Below are positions 8,481-17,390 of a stretch of 64,000 nucleotides of DNA, piece after piece. The first letter of the stretch is position 1, and each line of letters begins with the position of its first letter. The notes beneath the pieces were generated by a model. The model was given only the letters and a program-made list of their open reading frames with translations, did no database searches and was not told the origin of the DNA. The DNA comes from an uncultured Candidatus Saccharibacteria bacterium (lineage in GTDB: Bacteria > Patescibacteriota > Doudnabacteria > UBA920): contig CAYODY010000003.1 in the NCBI GenBank assembly GCA_964402965.1, positions 9,846-73,845 of the forward strand. Reading direction: 5' to 3'. The translations under genes were made by a program, and so were the position numbers.

Positions 8481-9512
8481 ATGGCAATAAATAAACGTAT
8501 TCAAACAATCAGTTTCTTTGTTCTTTTGTTAGTATTTATCGTTTTAGTTTGTTTAATTTTCAAGCCGTTCGCTAACATTATTATGTTAGGGTTAATCTTG
8601 GCTATTTCAGTAAGCCCAGTTTACAAACGGATTCTATCAAAAGTGAATTCTCCAAATATTGCTAGTATTTTGACGGTGATTTTAATGCTATTAGTTATTG
8701 CTTTGCCAATTTGGTTTTTTGGACAAGTGATATTCAACGAAGTTGTGAATTTGTATAACGGCTATAGAAGTGGGGCGTTTGTAATCAATCAAAATCAGAT
8801 TATTGCAAACTTGCCTTCACAAGTACAAACAATTATTCAGAGTATTAGCCAAGACATTAACTCTTTTATAGGCAAATTGAGTTCAGAAGCATTTGCGTCT
8901 GTAACAGGGATCCTTTCTAATGTAGCGAGTTTCATTATTTCATTCTTCCTACTATTCTTTATAGTATTCTTTTTGCTACGTGATGGAGAAAAAATTAAAA
9001 AGGCTTTAATAGATATTTCTCCAATCTCTACAACTCATGAAGATAAACTCTTTGTTCGAATTATAGATGCTGTAAATGGTGTTATTAAAGGATCGTTCTT
9101 TATGGCAGTTATTCAAGGAATTGTTGCGACTATTGGTTTTTTCATTTTTGGTGTTTCCGAACCTTTCTTGTGGGGGGCATTTACAGTATTAGCAGCTTTG
9201 GTGCCAACAGTTGGAACTTCTATTGCTATTATTCCTGCGGTGATCTATTTATTAGTAACTGGTCAAACTCCTCAAGCGATTGGTTTAGCAATATGGGGTG
9301 CCTGCGCAGTTGGTTTAATAGACAATTTCATTGGTCCTCGTATATTAGGAAGCGCCGTACAACTTCATCCAATTCTAATTATGCTTTCAATCTTTGGTGG
9401 TATTGAGTTCTTTGGTGTACTAGGGTTTTTAATTGGTCCAATAATCATGGCAATATTCATTGCACTGATAGATATTTATAGATCAGACTTTAAAGAATAT
9501 TTAAATAATTAG
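8481..9512 (+). CDS. AI-2E family transporter (UPF0118/PerM-like)
   Basis: Eight or more TM helices and a conserved AI-2E C-terminal region. Paralogous to 47724..48773. Start chosen at MAINKRIQ, preceded by TATAAT. Alternative in-frame ATGs at 8427 and 8436. Upstream ORF-track extension overlaps the typA start. Confidence 0.6.
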   Translation: MAINKRIQTISFFVLLLVFIVLVCLIFKPFANIIMLGLILAISVSPVYKRILSKVNSPNIASILTVILMLLVIALPIWFFGQVIFNEVVNLYNGYRSGAFVINQNQIIANLPSQVQTIIQSISQDINSFIGKLSSEAFASVTGILSNVASFIISFFLLFFIVFFLLRDGEKIKKALIDISPISTTHEDKLFVRIIDAVNGVIKGSFFMAVIQGIVATIGFFIFGVSEPFLWGAFTVLAALVPTVGTSIAIIPAVIYLLVTGQTPQAIGLAIWGACAVGLIDNFIGPRILGSAVQLHPILIMLSIFGGIEFFGVLGFLIGPIIMAIFIALIDIYRSDFKEYLNN

Positions 9513-9513
9513 T

Positions 9514-10734
9514 ATGCAATTTTTATTCGCTTTACTAGTGCTAATAGCGCCATTATATGTATGGCGCTTTTCAATTGGAGGATTACCAACTAACTTTTTA
9601 ATGATCGCAAATTTTGCTGTCATTGGTTTGGGTCTGCTTTACATCTTAAGAGATGTGAAGATTAAAGGATACGAACAAGTTAAGAAATTGGTGTTTGCTA
9701 AGTTTTCAGAAATAGGGCGCCCGATGCAAATAAGCATTGGAATTTTTGCCATTGCAAGTATTGTATCTTTGTTTGTATTTGGAATTAATGGCGAAAAGTT
9801 AGCGCAGTGGGTTGTACTTTACGCTCAACCTTTAGCTATTTTTGCTCTTGTAAGATATTTTGTGCTGAGTAATGAACAAGATAGTGAAAAAGCAATTCGC
9901 TATATTACTTGGGCGATGTATTTTATTTTAGGGGCAGCTGGATTCCTTGCAATTTTTCAGTACGTTACATTATTAACCTTACCTATGCAGTGGTGGGGGA
10001 ATGCTAATGAACCAAAACGTGCAATTGCTTTTTTTGCTCATGCAAATGCTTATGCACTTTTTGCAACTCCATTGCTTGCATTATTACTTCCAGATTTTGT
10101 AGAAAAAGTTCGAGGCAAATTAACTAATAGTGGGTTCTTTTGTGCTGCGGGTTGGTTGTTGGGCGTGGTAGGAGTGTTTCTTTCTTTGTCGCGTGGGGCT
10201 TGGCTTGGTCTTTTAGTTGCTGGCGCAGTTTATGTAGTTCTTTCCGCAAACAAGAAATTATTAGTTACGTTTGGTGTAATTGTCATTCTATTAGCAGGAG
10301 TTGTTGCTGTAGTGCCAAATTTACGTTACAGAGTCTTGCTTCCGTTCATGGGAGAAAAATCTAGTATTGCGCGAATTAGCTTATGGAAAACCGCTGGTTC
10401 AGAAATTAAAGACAGTCCTTTGTTAGGGAAGGGAGTAAATGGCTTTTCGGATAATTGGTATGTATATAACACAGATGCAGGTCTAGAACACTATAATTTT
10501 CCTCATAACATATTTTTGAATTTTTGGGTTGATCTTGGTTTATTTGGAATGCTAAGCATGGTTTCTATTTTAATTCTTAGTACATGGAGAGGATATATTG
10601 GTAGAAAAAATGTATTCAAATTTGGACTACTTTTGTTCATTTTAGCCTTAATTTCACACGGTTTAATTGATATTCCTTACTTAAAAAACGATCTAGCCCT
10701 TATTTTCTGGTTAATATTGGGCCTTAGCCTTTAA
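9514..10734 (+). CDS. O-antigen ligase-like (Wzy_C/WaaL family) polytopic membrane protein
   Basis: About 10 TM helices with the characteristic LSLSRGAWLGLLV loop region of O-antigen polymerase/ligase family proteins. Confidence 0.5.
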   Translation: MQFLFALLVLIAPLYVWRFSIGGLPTNFLMIANFAVIGLGLLYILRDVKIKGYEQVKKLVFAKFSEIGRPMQISIGIFAIASIVSLFVFGINGEKLAQWVVLYAQPLAIFALVRYFVLSNEQDSEKAIRYITWAMYFILGAAGFLAIFQYVTLLTLPMQWWGNANEPKRAIAFFAHANAYALFATPLLALLLPDFVEKVRGKLTNSGFFCAAGWLLGVVGVFLSLSRGAWLGLLVAGAVYVVLSANKKLLVTFGVIVILLAGVVAVVPNLRYRVLLPFMGEKSSIARISLWKTAGSEIKDSPLLGKGVNGFSDNWYVYNTDAGLEHYNFPHNIFLNFWVDLGLFGMLSMVSILILSTWRGYIGRKNVFKFGLLLFILALISHGLIDIPYLKNDLALIFWLILGLSL

Positions 10735-10754
10735 TTCTAGCTTTTCCCTATATA

Positions 10755-10783
10755 TTGACAAAATACCACTTTTGTGGTAAAAT
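10755..10783 (+). promoter_or_regulatory. Sigma-70 promoter TTGACA-N17-TAAAAT with palindrome ACCACttttGTGGT in the spacer
   Basis: Consensus -35 and a good -10. The inverted repeat at 10765..10778 overlaps the -10 and may be an operator. Upstream of GC-rich gene 10899. Confidence 0.45.
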
Positions 10784-10898
10784 AGGAAAGTTAGAAAAAT
10801 ATAAGGGGGCTATTACAAGATTAAGAAGTTGTAATCGCTTTTTGTTTTTGTTTCCTTGTATTGGTTGAAATTTCAGAATTCAGAAGGATGGAGAAAAA

Positions 10899-11870
10899 AT
10901 GAAAAAGACTATTACTTTTACTTTGTTCGCGTTTTTTGGTTTTTGTTTCATGACAATGTTGGTCGGTAGCGTTTCGGCGCAGTCGGCTATGTCTTCGCTT
11001 TCGGGTGAGGAACAGGCGAGGCAAGCTTTCGAGCGATTGCGTCAGTCTGGTCAGCTCAAAGAACCCGCTCAGCCGAGTGAGTTCAATAGAGCAAAGGCTG
11101 CGCAGTCGTCGACCAAAAGTGTTGTGGAGACTAAGATCGCAACTCCGTTGGCGGCCGGTGTAACTGGAGACGAGACTTCCAAGCAAACTCCGGGGTCGTT
11201 AAACTTGGTCGTGATGCATATGGATCGCGAATTTGTCACTCAAGGCCAAGAAATCTCATTCAGCATGGAAGGGATTGGTAACTACACGCAAGCAGTGTCG
11301 GTATTTTGTCAGGTGAACGAACCGGGCTTTAGCGGTCAGTACGATCAGGATGGAGTAAGCCGGTACTACACACCTAGTTTGTATCAGGGTGGCAGTTGGC
11401 TTCCCTACGGGATAGTCAACGGTCAAATCTTCGACGCCGTTTTTAAGCGGAAGATTACACATGGAGATCGTCCTGGTACATGGTACAATACGTGTGTCCT
11501 GACAGATCAAAATGGTTTGATGTTGCAACAGACGATGAACTACTTTCATTACAATGTTGCAGGGCCAGGTGGACTTTTCACATGGCGTGTAGATAATGCC
11601 ATTCAGTCTATGTTCGGGAATTCCCCGATCGTTATCCTGAAAGGAGCGTTCCCTATAAACAAACCCGTGTATATTTTACTCGGCAAAGAGTCATTGGGTA
11701 TAAATCGTTATACCTATTCTGCGACAAGCAGTGATGGTCAAACGCTGCTACTTGCACGACCACAACTGCCGTACAGAGCCATGGAGTTTGATGTTACGAT
11801 TTTCGATCCCGAAAGCAGGATCCATCAAACCAAGGTCGGAGCGTTGGTGCTCCAAGGTATTCAACCCTAG
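10899..11870 (+). CDS. Secreted hypothetical protein (signal peptide), GC-rich island
   Basis: Signal peptide MKKTITFTLFAFFGFCFMTMLVGSVSA. About 50% GC. RBS GGATGGAG. Confidence 0.55.
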   Translation: MKKTITFTLFAFFGFCFMTMLVGSVSAQSAMSSLSGEEQARQAFERLRQSGQLKEPAQPSEFNRAKAAQSSTKSVVETKIATPLAAGVTGDETSKQTPGSLNLVVMHMDREFVTQGQEISFSMEGIGNYTQAVSVFCQVNEPGFSGQYDQDGVSRYYTPSLYQGGSWLPYGIVNGQIFDAVFKRKITHGDRPGTWYNTCVLTDQNGLMLQQTMNYFHYNVAGPGGLFTWRVDNAIQSMFGNSPIVILKGAFPINKPVYILLGKESLGINRYTYSATSSDGQTLLLARPQLPYRAMEFDVTIFDPESRIHQTKVGALVLQGIQP

Positions 11871-11913
11871 CTTCGCGTTCGTCGCGCGACGAACACAATC
11901 TTGTTTAAACCTA

Positions 11914-11940
11914 AAAGGCAACCATTCGTGGTTGCCTTTT
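11914..11940 (+). terminator. Intrinsic terminator (AAAAGGCAACC-attcg-TGGTTGCCTTTT)
   Basis: Perfect 9-bp stem followed by T4, directly after the stop of 10899..11870. Confidence 0.7.
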
Positions 11941-12001
11941 ATTCATATCAATCTTTGATTATTATCAAAATAATTTAGTTTGCAAAATAATTACTTAATA
12001 A

Positions 12002-12934
12002 CTACTTACTAATTGCTTCGTTAAGTATTTTCTCGAATTTCTCCAAGCTTTCTAAATGGTTCACGCGAATACGTGGTATTTGCATTAAGTCATCAAGATT
12101 AATTTTTGCACCATTTTGTGTAGTAATACCCATAACAAACCCTGCTTCTTTTGCCTTTGCTCTATATATTGGTGTTGAATGACCATATGGATAAATTAAG
12201 ATATTTGTTCTTACTCCTAAGTGAGAATATATATCTGAAATTGATCCAGAGAGATTGTTAAAAATAAAATTTGCATCGAACTTTGGATTTGTACCATCAA
12301 AATGAGTTTGTGTGTGCGAAACAATTTCCATTCCTTCATCTTTTGCTTTTGAAATATCTGCCCAAGTCGCGTATACGTTAGTTCCATTAACAGCACCTGT
12401 CCATTGTGTAATTATTCCGAAACTACCTTTGTACTCATATTTTTTTAGAATTGGAATTGCGTTTTGAAAAACATTTAAGTAACCGTCATCAAATGTAAAA
12501 ACAATCGGTTTATTTGGTAAGTTGAATTTACCTTGTGTGTGTAGGTATAGTTCTTCCAGAGAAATAGAATTGTACCCTTGTTTTCTTAACCACGCCACTT
12601 GAGCTTCAAAGTCTGCAGGGGAGACAGTAAGACCAGTTGTAACCTTATCTGCCTTTTCTGGTAAAGGCCCAACATGATGGTACATCAATATTGGCAAAAT
12701 TAAAGTACGTGCTGGATCCAATTCTTTATTAGAATCTTCATCGCCTTGAACTTCTCCATCCTGCGTTGTTGGGGCTTGGGTGTGCTGGTTATTTTTGAAT
12801 TCATCTGATTCAGTTTGAGAGGTTGAACCAGCTGATTTTGTACTTTGTGCGTACAATTTCAGACTAAAAAAACCTGCAATACCAAGTGCAAGTAATATGA
12901 TAACAGAGCTAATTATGGCGTTCTTCTTCGTCAT
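12002..12934 (-). CDS. Polysaccharide deacetylase family protein (NodB homology domain) with N-terminal TM anchor
   Basis: ILMYHHV ... FTFDDGY motif (the NodB catalytic Asp-Asp) and a His-rich motif downstream. Confidence 0.7.
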   Translation of the reverse strand: MTKKNAIISSVIILLALGIAGFFSLKLYAQSTKSAGSTSQTESDEFKNNQHTQAPTTQDGEVQGDEDSNKELDPARTLILPILMYHHVGPLPEKADKVTTGLTVSPADFEAQVAWLRKQGYNSISLEELYLHTQGKFNLPNKPIVFTFDDGYLNVFQNAIPILKKYEYKGSFGIITQWTGAVNGTNVYATWADISKAKDEGMEIVSHTQTHFDGTNPKFDANFIFNNLSGSISDIYSHLGVRTNILIYPYGHSTPIYRAKAKEAGFVMGITTQNGAKINLDDLMQIPRIRVNHLESLEKFEKILNEAISK

Positions 12935-13013
12935 ATTGTTAAAAGATTAGACTTATTTTAACAAAAAACATCTCGCTTGGCGAGATGTTTAAGTATGTTA
13001 GTTTTTGGGGAGT

Positions 13014-13799
13014 TTAGTCTTCATCTTCTTCATGATTTTCTGTGCGGATTTTTAATTCTGTTTTTATGTTGTCTTCGTCTTCAGATTCAACTTCATATTC
13101 TCTTTCATCTTCGACTTTAAATTTATCGTCATCATCGTCATCAAAGTTTTTTATCTGATCTTCAATCTCCTTTGACTCTTTATCGTCAGTAACATTTTTA
13201 AGGTCTTCTTGAGTTTCCTTTAAAAATTCTGAAGCATCTTTTGCTTCCTGCTTTGCTTTTTGTTCTAAGGGATTTGCTCCAAATACTGTTGCATTGTTTC
13301 TGTCATCGCTATCATCATTGTCATCTTTGTCAGATGAATCACCAGATTTGTCATCTAACTGATTGTCGTCATCTTCTTTAGCTCCTAACGCTTTTTTCTG
13401 TTCATCTGAACTTCTATGCTTTAGTTCTTCAAGTTCTTCTAACCTACGTTTGGCAAAATTGACTTTGAGTTCAGTTTTACCTTGAATTGTAGGCTCAATA
13501 AATAATTGCACTTCTTCAACTTTTCGTTTTAGGGGATAGAGTACATCTCCTGGTAATGCGCTTGCAGAAACATAAGTTGTTCCACCTACAAATAATATGA
13601 TAAGCAATGGAAGTAGAACATAACTTCTTGGAATTACAGAAGCAATTCGTTGCCAATTTGATGCTGGAATTGTTGTATCTACTTCACTGTTTAGTTTGGA
13701 CATAATTTTATTTTTAATATTTTCTTTATTAGTTTGCGAAAGACGCACAGATTTAGCTGGCGAGTTATTTTCGTAAAATTGTTTAATTAAGTTATTCAT
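13014..13799 (-). CDS. Anti-sigma factor-like membrane protein with a highly acidic C-terminal tail
   Basis: Overlaps the ECF sigma gene stop by 8 nt. One TM helix (LLPLLIILFVGGTTYV). Extracytoplasmic domain plus a D/E-rich C-terminus. Confidence 0.5.
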   Translation of the reverse strand: MNNLIKQFYENNSPAKSVRLSQTNKENIKNKIMSKLNSEVDTTIPASNWQRIASVIPRSYVLLPLLIILFVGGTTYVSASALPGDVLYPLKRKVEEVQLFIEPTIQGKTELKVNFAKRRLEELEELKHRSSDEQKKALGAKEDDDNQLDDKSGDSSDKDDNDDSDDRNNATVFGANPLEQKAKQEAKDASEFLKETQEDLKNVTDDKESKEIEDQIKNFDDDDDDKFKVEDEREYEVESEDEDNIKTELKIRTENHEEDED

Positions 13800-14340
13800 T
13801 GTCTTTATATATCTGTTCCAATTGTTTAATTGCTCTGTGTTGCCATACTCGCACAGTAATACTGTTTTTCCGCATTATTTGTGCTGTTTCGTTTATATTC
13901 AAATTTTGAAAAAATCTTAATTCAATTACTTCTTTATAGTGAGTTGGAAGCTTGTCTAACGCAAAACGAATTTCATCTTTGGAGAATTGCTCAGATAAAT
14001 TATTTTGAGGACTGTCTTTAGATTGGATTTCAACAGCTTCGTCTATGGATACTATATTCGGCGTCCTGTACTTCTTGCGATAGTAATCATTGATTGTATT
14101 TGATGCAACTTTGTAAAGCCATGCCGAAAAATTTAAATTTTTTAATTCAATTTTTCTGCAACCTTGCCATGCTTTTACAAATACATCTTGCATAATGTCA
14201 TCTGCTTCATTTTCGCCAACAGTCTTAATTCGAATGAAGGCGTAAATTCTATCAGCAAACTCATCATATATTTTTGCAAAAGCATCTTGGTCGCCAGTTT
14301 TTACATGACTGACTAATTCGCGAATTTGCTCTGTACTCAT
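13792..14340 (-). CDS. RNA polymerase sigma-70 family ECF sigma factor
   Basis: Region 2 (DIMQDVFVKAW, YRIAxN-like) and region 4 HTH (NINETAQIMRKNSITVRVWQHRAIKQL). Length 182 aa. Confidence 0.8.
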   Translation of the reverse strand: MSTEQIRELVSHVKTGDQDAFAKIYDEFADRIYAFIRIKTVGENEADDIMQDVFVKAWQGCRKIELKNLNFSAWLYKVASNTINDYYRKKYRTPNIVSIDEAVEIQSKDSPQNNLSEQFSKDEIRFALDKLPTHYKEVIELRFFQNLNINETAQIMRKNSITVRVWQHRAIKQLEQIYKDNE

Positions 14341-14503
14341 ACTAGTATTCTAACTGGTATATCGAATAAATAACAGTATTGTTTCAAAGATTTTAAATAG
14401 GTATATATGCTAGAGAATGGTATAATTAAGGCGTATTTTGAAACAAATTGAAATATCATACCGTTATATTTGTAGTAATAGAGGTACTGTAATTCACTAA
14501 AAC

Positions 14504-15103
14504 ATGAAAAAATTTTTACTATCAATAGGGGTTGGAGCGTTTTTTGTTGTTTACATTGTTTATCAAAGAAATGCAGTTATATCCAATGCACAACAAGCGA
14601 GTTCAGCAGCACTGAATGACCCCCTAAATAAGCAACAAGATGAAGTTGCAATGGAAGGTGGTACTTCAGCAACAGCTGGTTCAGAACCAGTAGATAAAAC
14701 AAATTCTGCTTCTCAGTCTGCGAGCAATTCTTCTACTCCAGCAAATACTTCGACAAGTTCATCAACTTCAACTCCAAAAACTACTCCTACACCAACACCT
14801 CCGCCACCAGTAAGTACTGGGAAATTTAAGGATGGTGTTTACACTGGTAATTCAGCGGATGCTAACTATGGAACGGTGCAGGTACGTGCAACCGTTGCTA
14901 GTGGTAAGCTATCTAAAATTGAATTTTTACAATTTCCTAACAGCCGTAGTACTTCTGTGCAAATTAGTAATTTTGCGTTACCAAAATTACGCACAGAAGC
15001 AATTAGTGGTCAAACAGCAAAAGTTAACTCAGTTTCTGGAGCAACTTACACTAGCGCTGCTTTTGTGAAGTCTTTAACATCAGCGTTAGCGCAAGCCCAA
15101 TGA
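14504..15103 (+). CDS. FMN-binding domain protein (FMN_bind), membrane-anchored with an S/T/P-rich linker
   Basis: N-terminal TM helix, STP-rich linker, and a C-terminal FMN_bind domain with the flavinylation-site context ...SGATYTSAAFVKSL. Confidence 0.7.
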   Translation: MKKFLLSIGVGAFFVVYIVYQRNAVISNAQQASSAALNDPLNKQQDEVAMEGGTSATAGSEPVDKTNSASQSASNSSTPANTSTSSSTSTPKTTPTPTPPPPVSTGKFKDGVYTGNSADANYGTVQVRATVASGKLSKIEFLQFPNSRSTSVQISNFALPKLRTEAISGQTAKVNSVSGATYTSAAFVKSLTSALAQAQ

Positions 15104-15840
15104 AGTTAACAGAAGCAATCATGGGAACCGCTATTTCAATTGAAATACTGGATTCACCAACAGAAGAAATATTTAACCGAGTATTTGATTATTTTAAATA
15201 TGTGGACGAAAAATTTAGCACGTACAAAGAAACTAGTGAAATTAGTAAGATTAATCGTGCAGAGTTAAAACTAGAAGATGCAAGTCAGGATATGCAACTA
15301 ATTTTTAAGTTGTCCGAACTGACTAAAAAACAATCCAAGAATTATTTTGATATTCATAAACCAGATGGAAGCATCGATCCTTCTGGACTTGTAAAAGGTT
15401 GGTCAATTCACGAAGCAAGTAAAATTTTAGATAGTGCAGATCATAAAGATTACTGCATTGAAGCTGGGGGCGATGTACAGGTTAGAAAACCATACGACTC
15501 TAGTGAACCTTGGAAAATTGGTATTCGAAATCCTTTCAATCTTTCAGAAATTGTTAAAGTTGTTCATGTTAAAAATGAAGGAGTTGCCACTTCTGGAACA
15601 TATGAAAGAGGACAACATATATATAATCCATTTAATCCTGAACAAAAATTGGAAGACGTTGCAAGTATAACCGTGATTGGACCGAATATATACGAAGCTG
15701 ATAGATTCGCCACCTCTGCATTTGCTATGGGTTTGGATGGAATAAATTTCATTGAAGGATTGCAGGGCTTTGAAGGGTATATGATAGACTCAAAAGGGAT
15801 CGCAACATTTACTTCAGGGTTTGATAAATATTTAAAATAA
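15100..15840 (+). CDS. apbE: FAD:protein FMN transferase ApbE
   Basis: ApbE family motifs (GLVKGWS, EAGGD, ATSGTYERG, ADRFATSAFAMG). ATGA overlap with the preceding FMN_bind gene. Confidence 0.75.
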   Translation: MKLTEAIMGTAISIEILDSPTEEIFNRVFDYFKYVDEKFSTYKETSEISKINRAELKLEDASQDMQLIFKLSELTKKQSKNYFDIHKPDGSIDPSGLVKGWSIHEASKILDSADHKDYCIEAGGDVQVRKPYDSSEPWKIGIRNPFNLSEIVKVVHVKNEGVATSGTYERGQHIYNPFNPEQKLEDVASITVIGPNIYEADRFATSAFAMGLDGINFIEGLQGFEGYMIDSKGIATFTSGFDKYLK

Positions 15841-15844
15841 TAAA

Positions 15845-17365
15845 ATGTTAAATTTCATAGACAAATATTTAGACAGAATTACAATGTACCGTTTAGTTCT
15901 ATATGTGCTAATTGGTCTGTTAGGGGTCGCAGTTATTTTCAGCGCGTTAGATTTTTTGCATTTTAACCCACTGGCTCTAATTTATTCTGTGTTAGTTTTG
16001 CTTGTTTTTAATTGGCTTGCGAATTTTCTCTTTGCGAAATTTTTTAGAGTACCAGCAAATTTTGAGTCGGTTTACATAACAGCGTTAATTTTGGCATTAA
16101 TAGTTACTCCACCAAGCAGTGGAGAGTATATTTCATTTTTACCTTTTTATGGTTTACTAGCTATTGCTGCAATGGGATCCAAATATTTAATCAATGTAGG
16201 TAAAAAACATTTATTTAATCCTGCTGCCTTTGCTGTGTTTGCAATTGCGTTGGTTACATCACATTCTGCAACATGGTGGGTTGGTACTAGTGTTATGACT
16301 GGGTTTGTCTTTGTCGGTGGATTTTTACTAGCTCGCAAACTTAGACAATTTGATTTAGTCATTGCTTTTCTGCTTGCCTTTGTTGTTGGTACTGTAGTTA
16401 TTACTTTCGGAAGTGGAAATGTACTCACTATATTATATAACTCTGTAATTCTGTCTTCACTACTATTTTTTGCTGGAATTATGTTAACAGAACCATTAAC
16501 AATGCCACCGAATCGTGATGGAAGAATTGCCTACGCAATTCTAGTTGGAGCCTTGTTTATTCCTCAAGCAAAATTTGGCAGCTTTTCTTTAACACCTGAA
16601 ATGGCCTTGCTAGTTGGTAATCTATTTGCATATATTGTTAGTCCAAAAGGTAGACATGTGTTTACTTTGGAGAGAATTCAAAAAGCAGGGGATTCAGCTT
16701 ACGATTTTGTTTTTAAATCTGACAAACCTTTTGCATTTAAAGCTGGTCAGTATTTAGAATGGACTTTGGGTCAGAAAAAAACAGATTCAAGAGGAAACCG
16801 TCGTTACTTTACTATTGCTTCTTCACCAACAGAAAATAAAACTATTTTAGGTGTAAAATTCTATGAAAACCCAAGTACTTTTAAACAGACTTTGCTCTCA
16901 ATGCAACCAGGTGAAAGTTTAGTGGGTTCGCAATTGGCAGGGGATTTTGTGTTGCCATCGAACCGCAAGCAAAAACTTGTCTTCATTGCTGGTGGAATTG
17001 GAGTCACACCATTTAGAAGTATGGTTAAGTATTTAATGGATACCAAAGAGAAAAGAGATATAACTTTAATGTATTCAAATAAAACAGTAGACGAAGTCGC
17101 TTATTGGAGATTATTTGATGAAGCCAAAACAAAAATAGGTTTAAAAACTGTTTACACTTTAACAGACGTTGCACCAACAGATTGGGAAGGCTACAAAGGA
17201 ATTATAAATAAAGAAATGATCTTAGCTGAAGTACCAGATTTTAAAGAACGCGTATTCTATATTTCTGGTTCACACGGCATGGTTACAGCTTTTAAAAAGA
17301 TGCTACGCGAATTAGGCGTTGCTCGAAAAAACATTAAAACAGATTTTTTCCCAGGCTTAGCCTAA
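15845..17365 (+). CDS. Membrane-bound FAD/NAD(P)-binding oxidoreductase (N-terminal polytopic TM domain fused to an FNR-like reductase domain)
   Basis: About 250 aa with 6-7 TM helices. C-terminal RRYFTIASSP (FAD RxYS motif), GGIGVTPF (NAD(P) GGxGxxP motif) and YISGSHGMV. Confidence 0.65.
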   Translation: MLNFIDKYLDRITMYRLVLYVLIGLLGVAVIFSALDFLHFNPLALIYSVLVLLVFNWLANFLFAKFFRVPANFESVYITALILALIVTPPSSGEYISFLPFYGLLAIAAMGSKYLINVGKKHLFNPAAFAVFAIALVTSHSATWWVGTSVMTGFVFVGGFLLARKLRQFDLVIAFLLAFVVGTVVITFGSGNVLTILYNSVILSSLLFFAGIMLTEPLTMPPNRDGRIAYAILVGALFIPQAKFGSFSLTPEMALLVGNLFAYIVSPKGRHVFTLERIQKAGDSAYDFVFKSDKPFAFKAGQYLEWTLGQKKTDSRGNRRYFTIASSPTENKTILGVKFYENPSTFKQTLLSMQPGESLVGSQLAGDFVLPSNRKQKLVFIAGGIGVTPFRSMVKYLMDTKEKRDITLMYSNKTVDEVAYWRLFDEAKTKIGLKTVYTLTDVAPTDWEGYKGIINKEMILAEVPDFKERVFYISGSHGMVTAFKKMLRELGVARKNIKTDFFPGLA

Positions 17366-17390
17366 ACACAAAGAGGGTTTAAACGTAAGT

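Noticed and set aside
14337-14525. 62-aa ORF in the divergent promoter region between the ECF sigma gene and the FMN_bind gene
   Set aside because: AT-rich intergenic region carrying the two promoters. Y/K/F-rich translation typical of non-coding AT-rich DNA.
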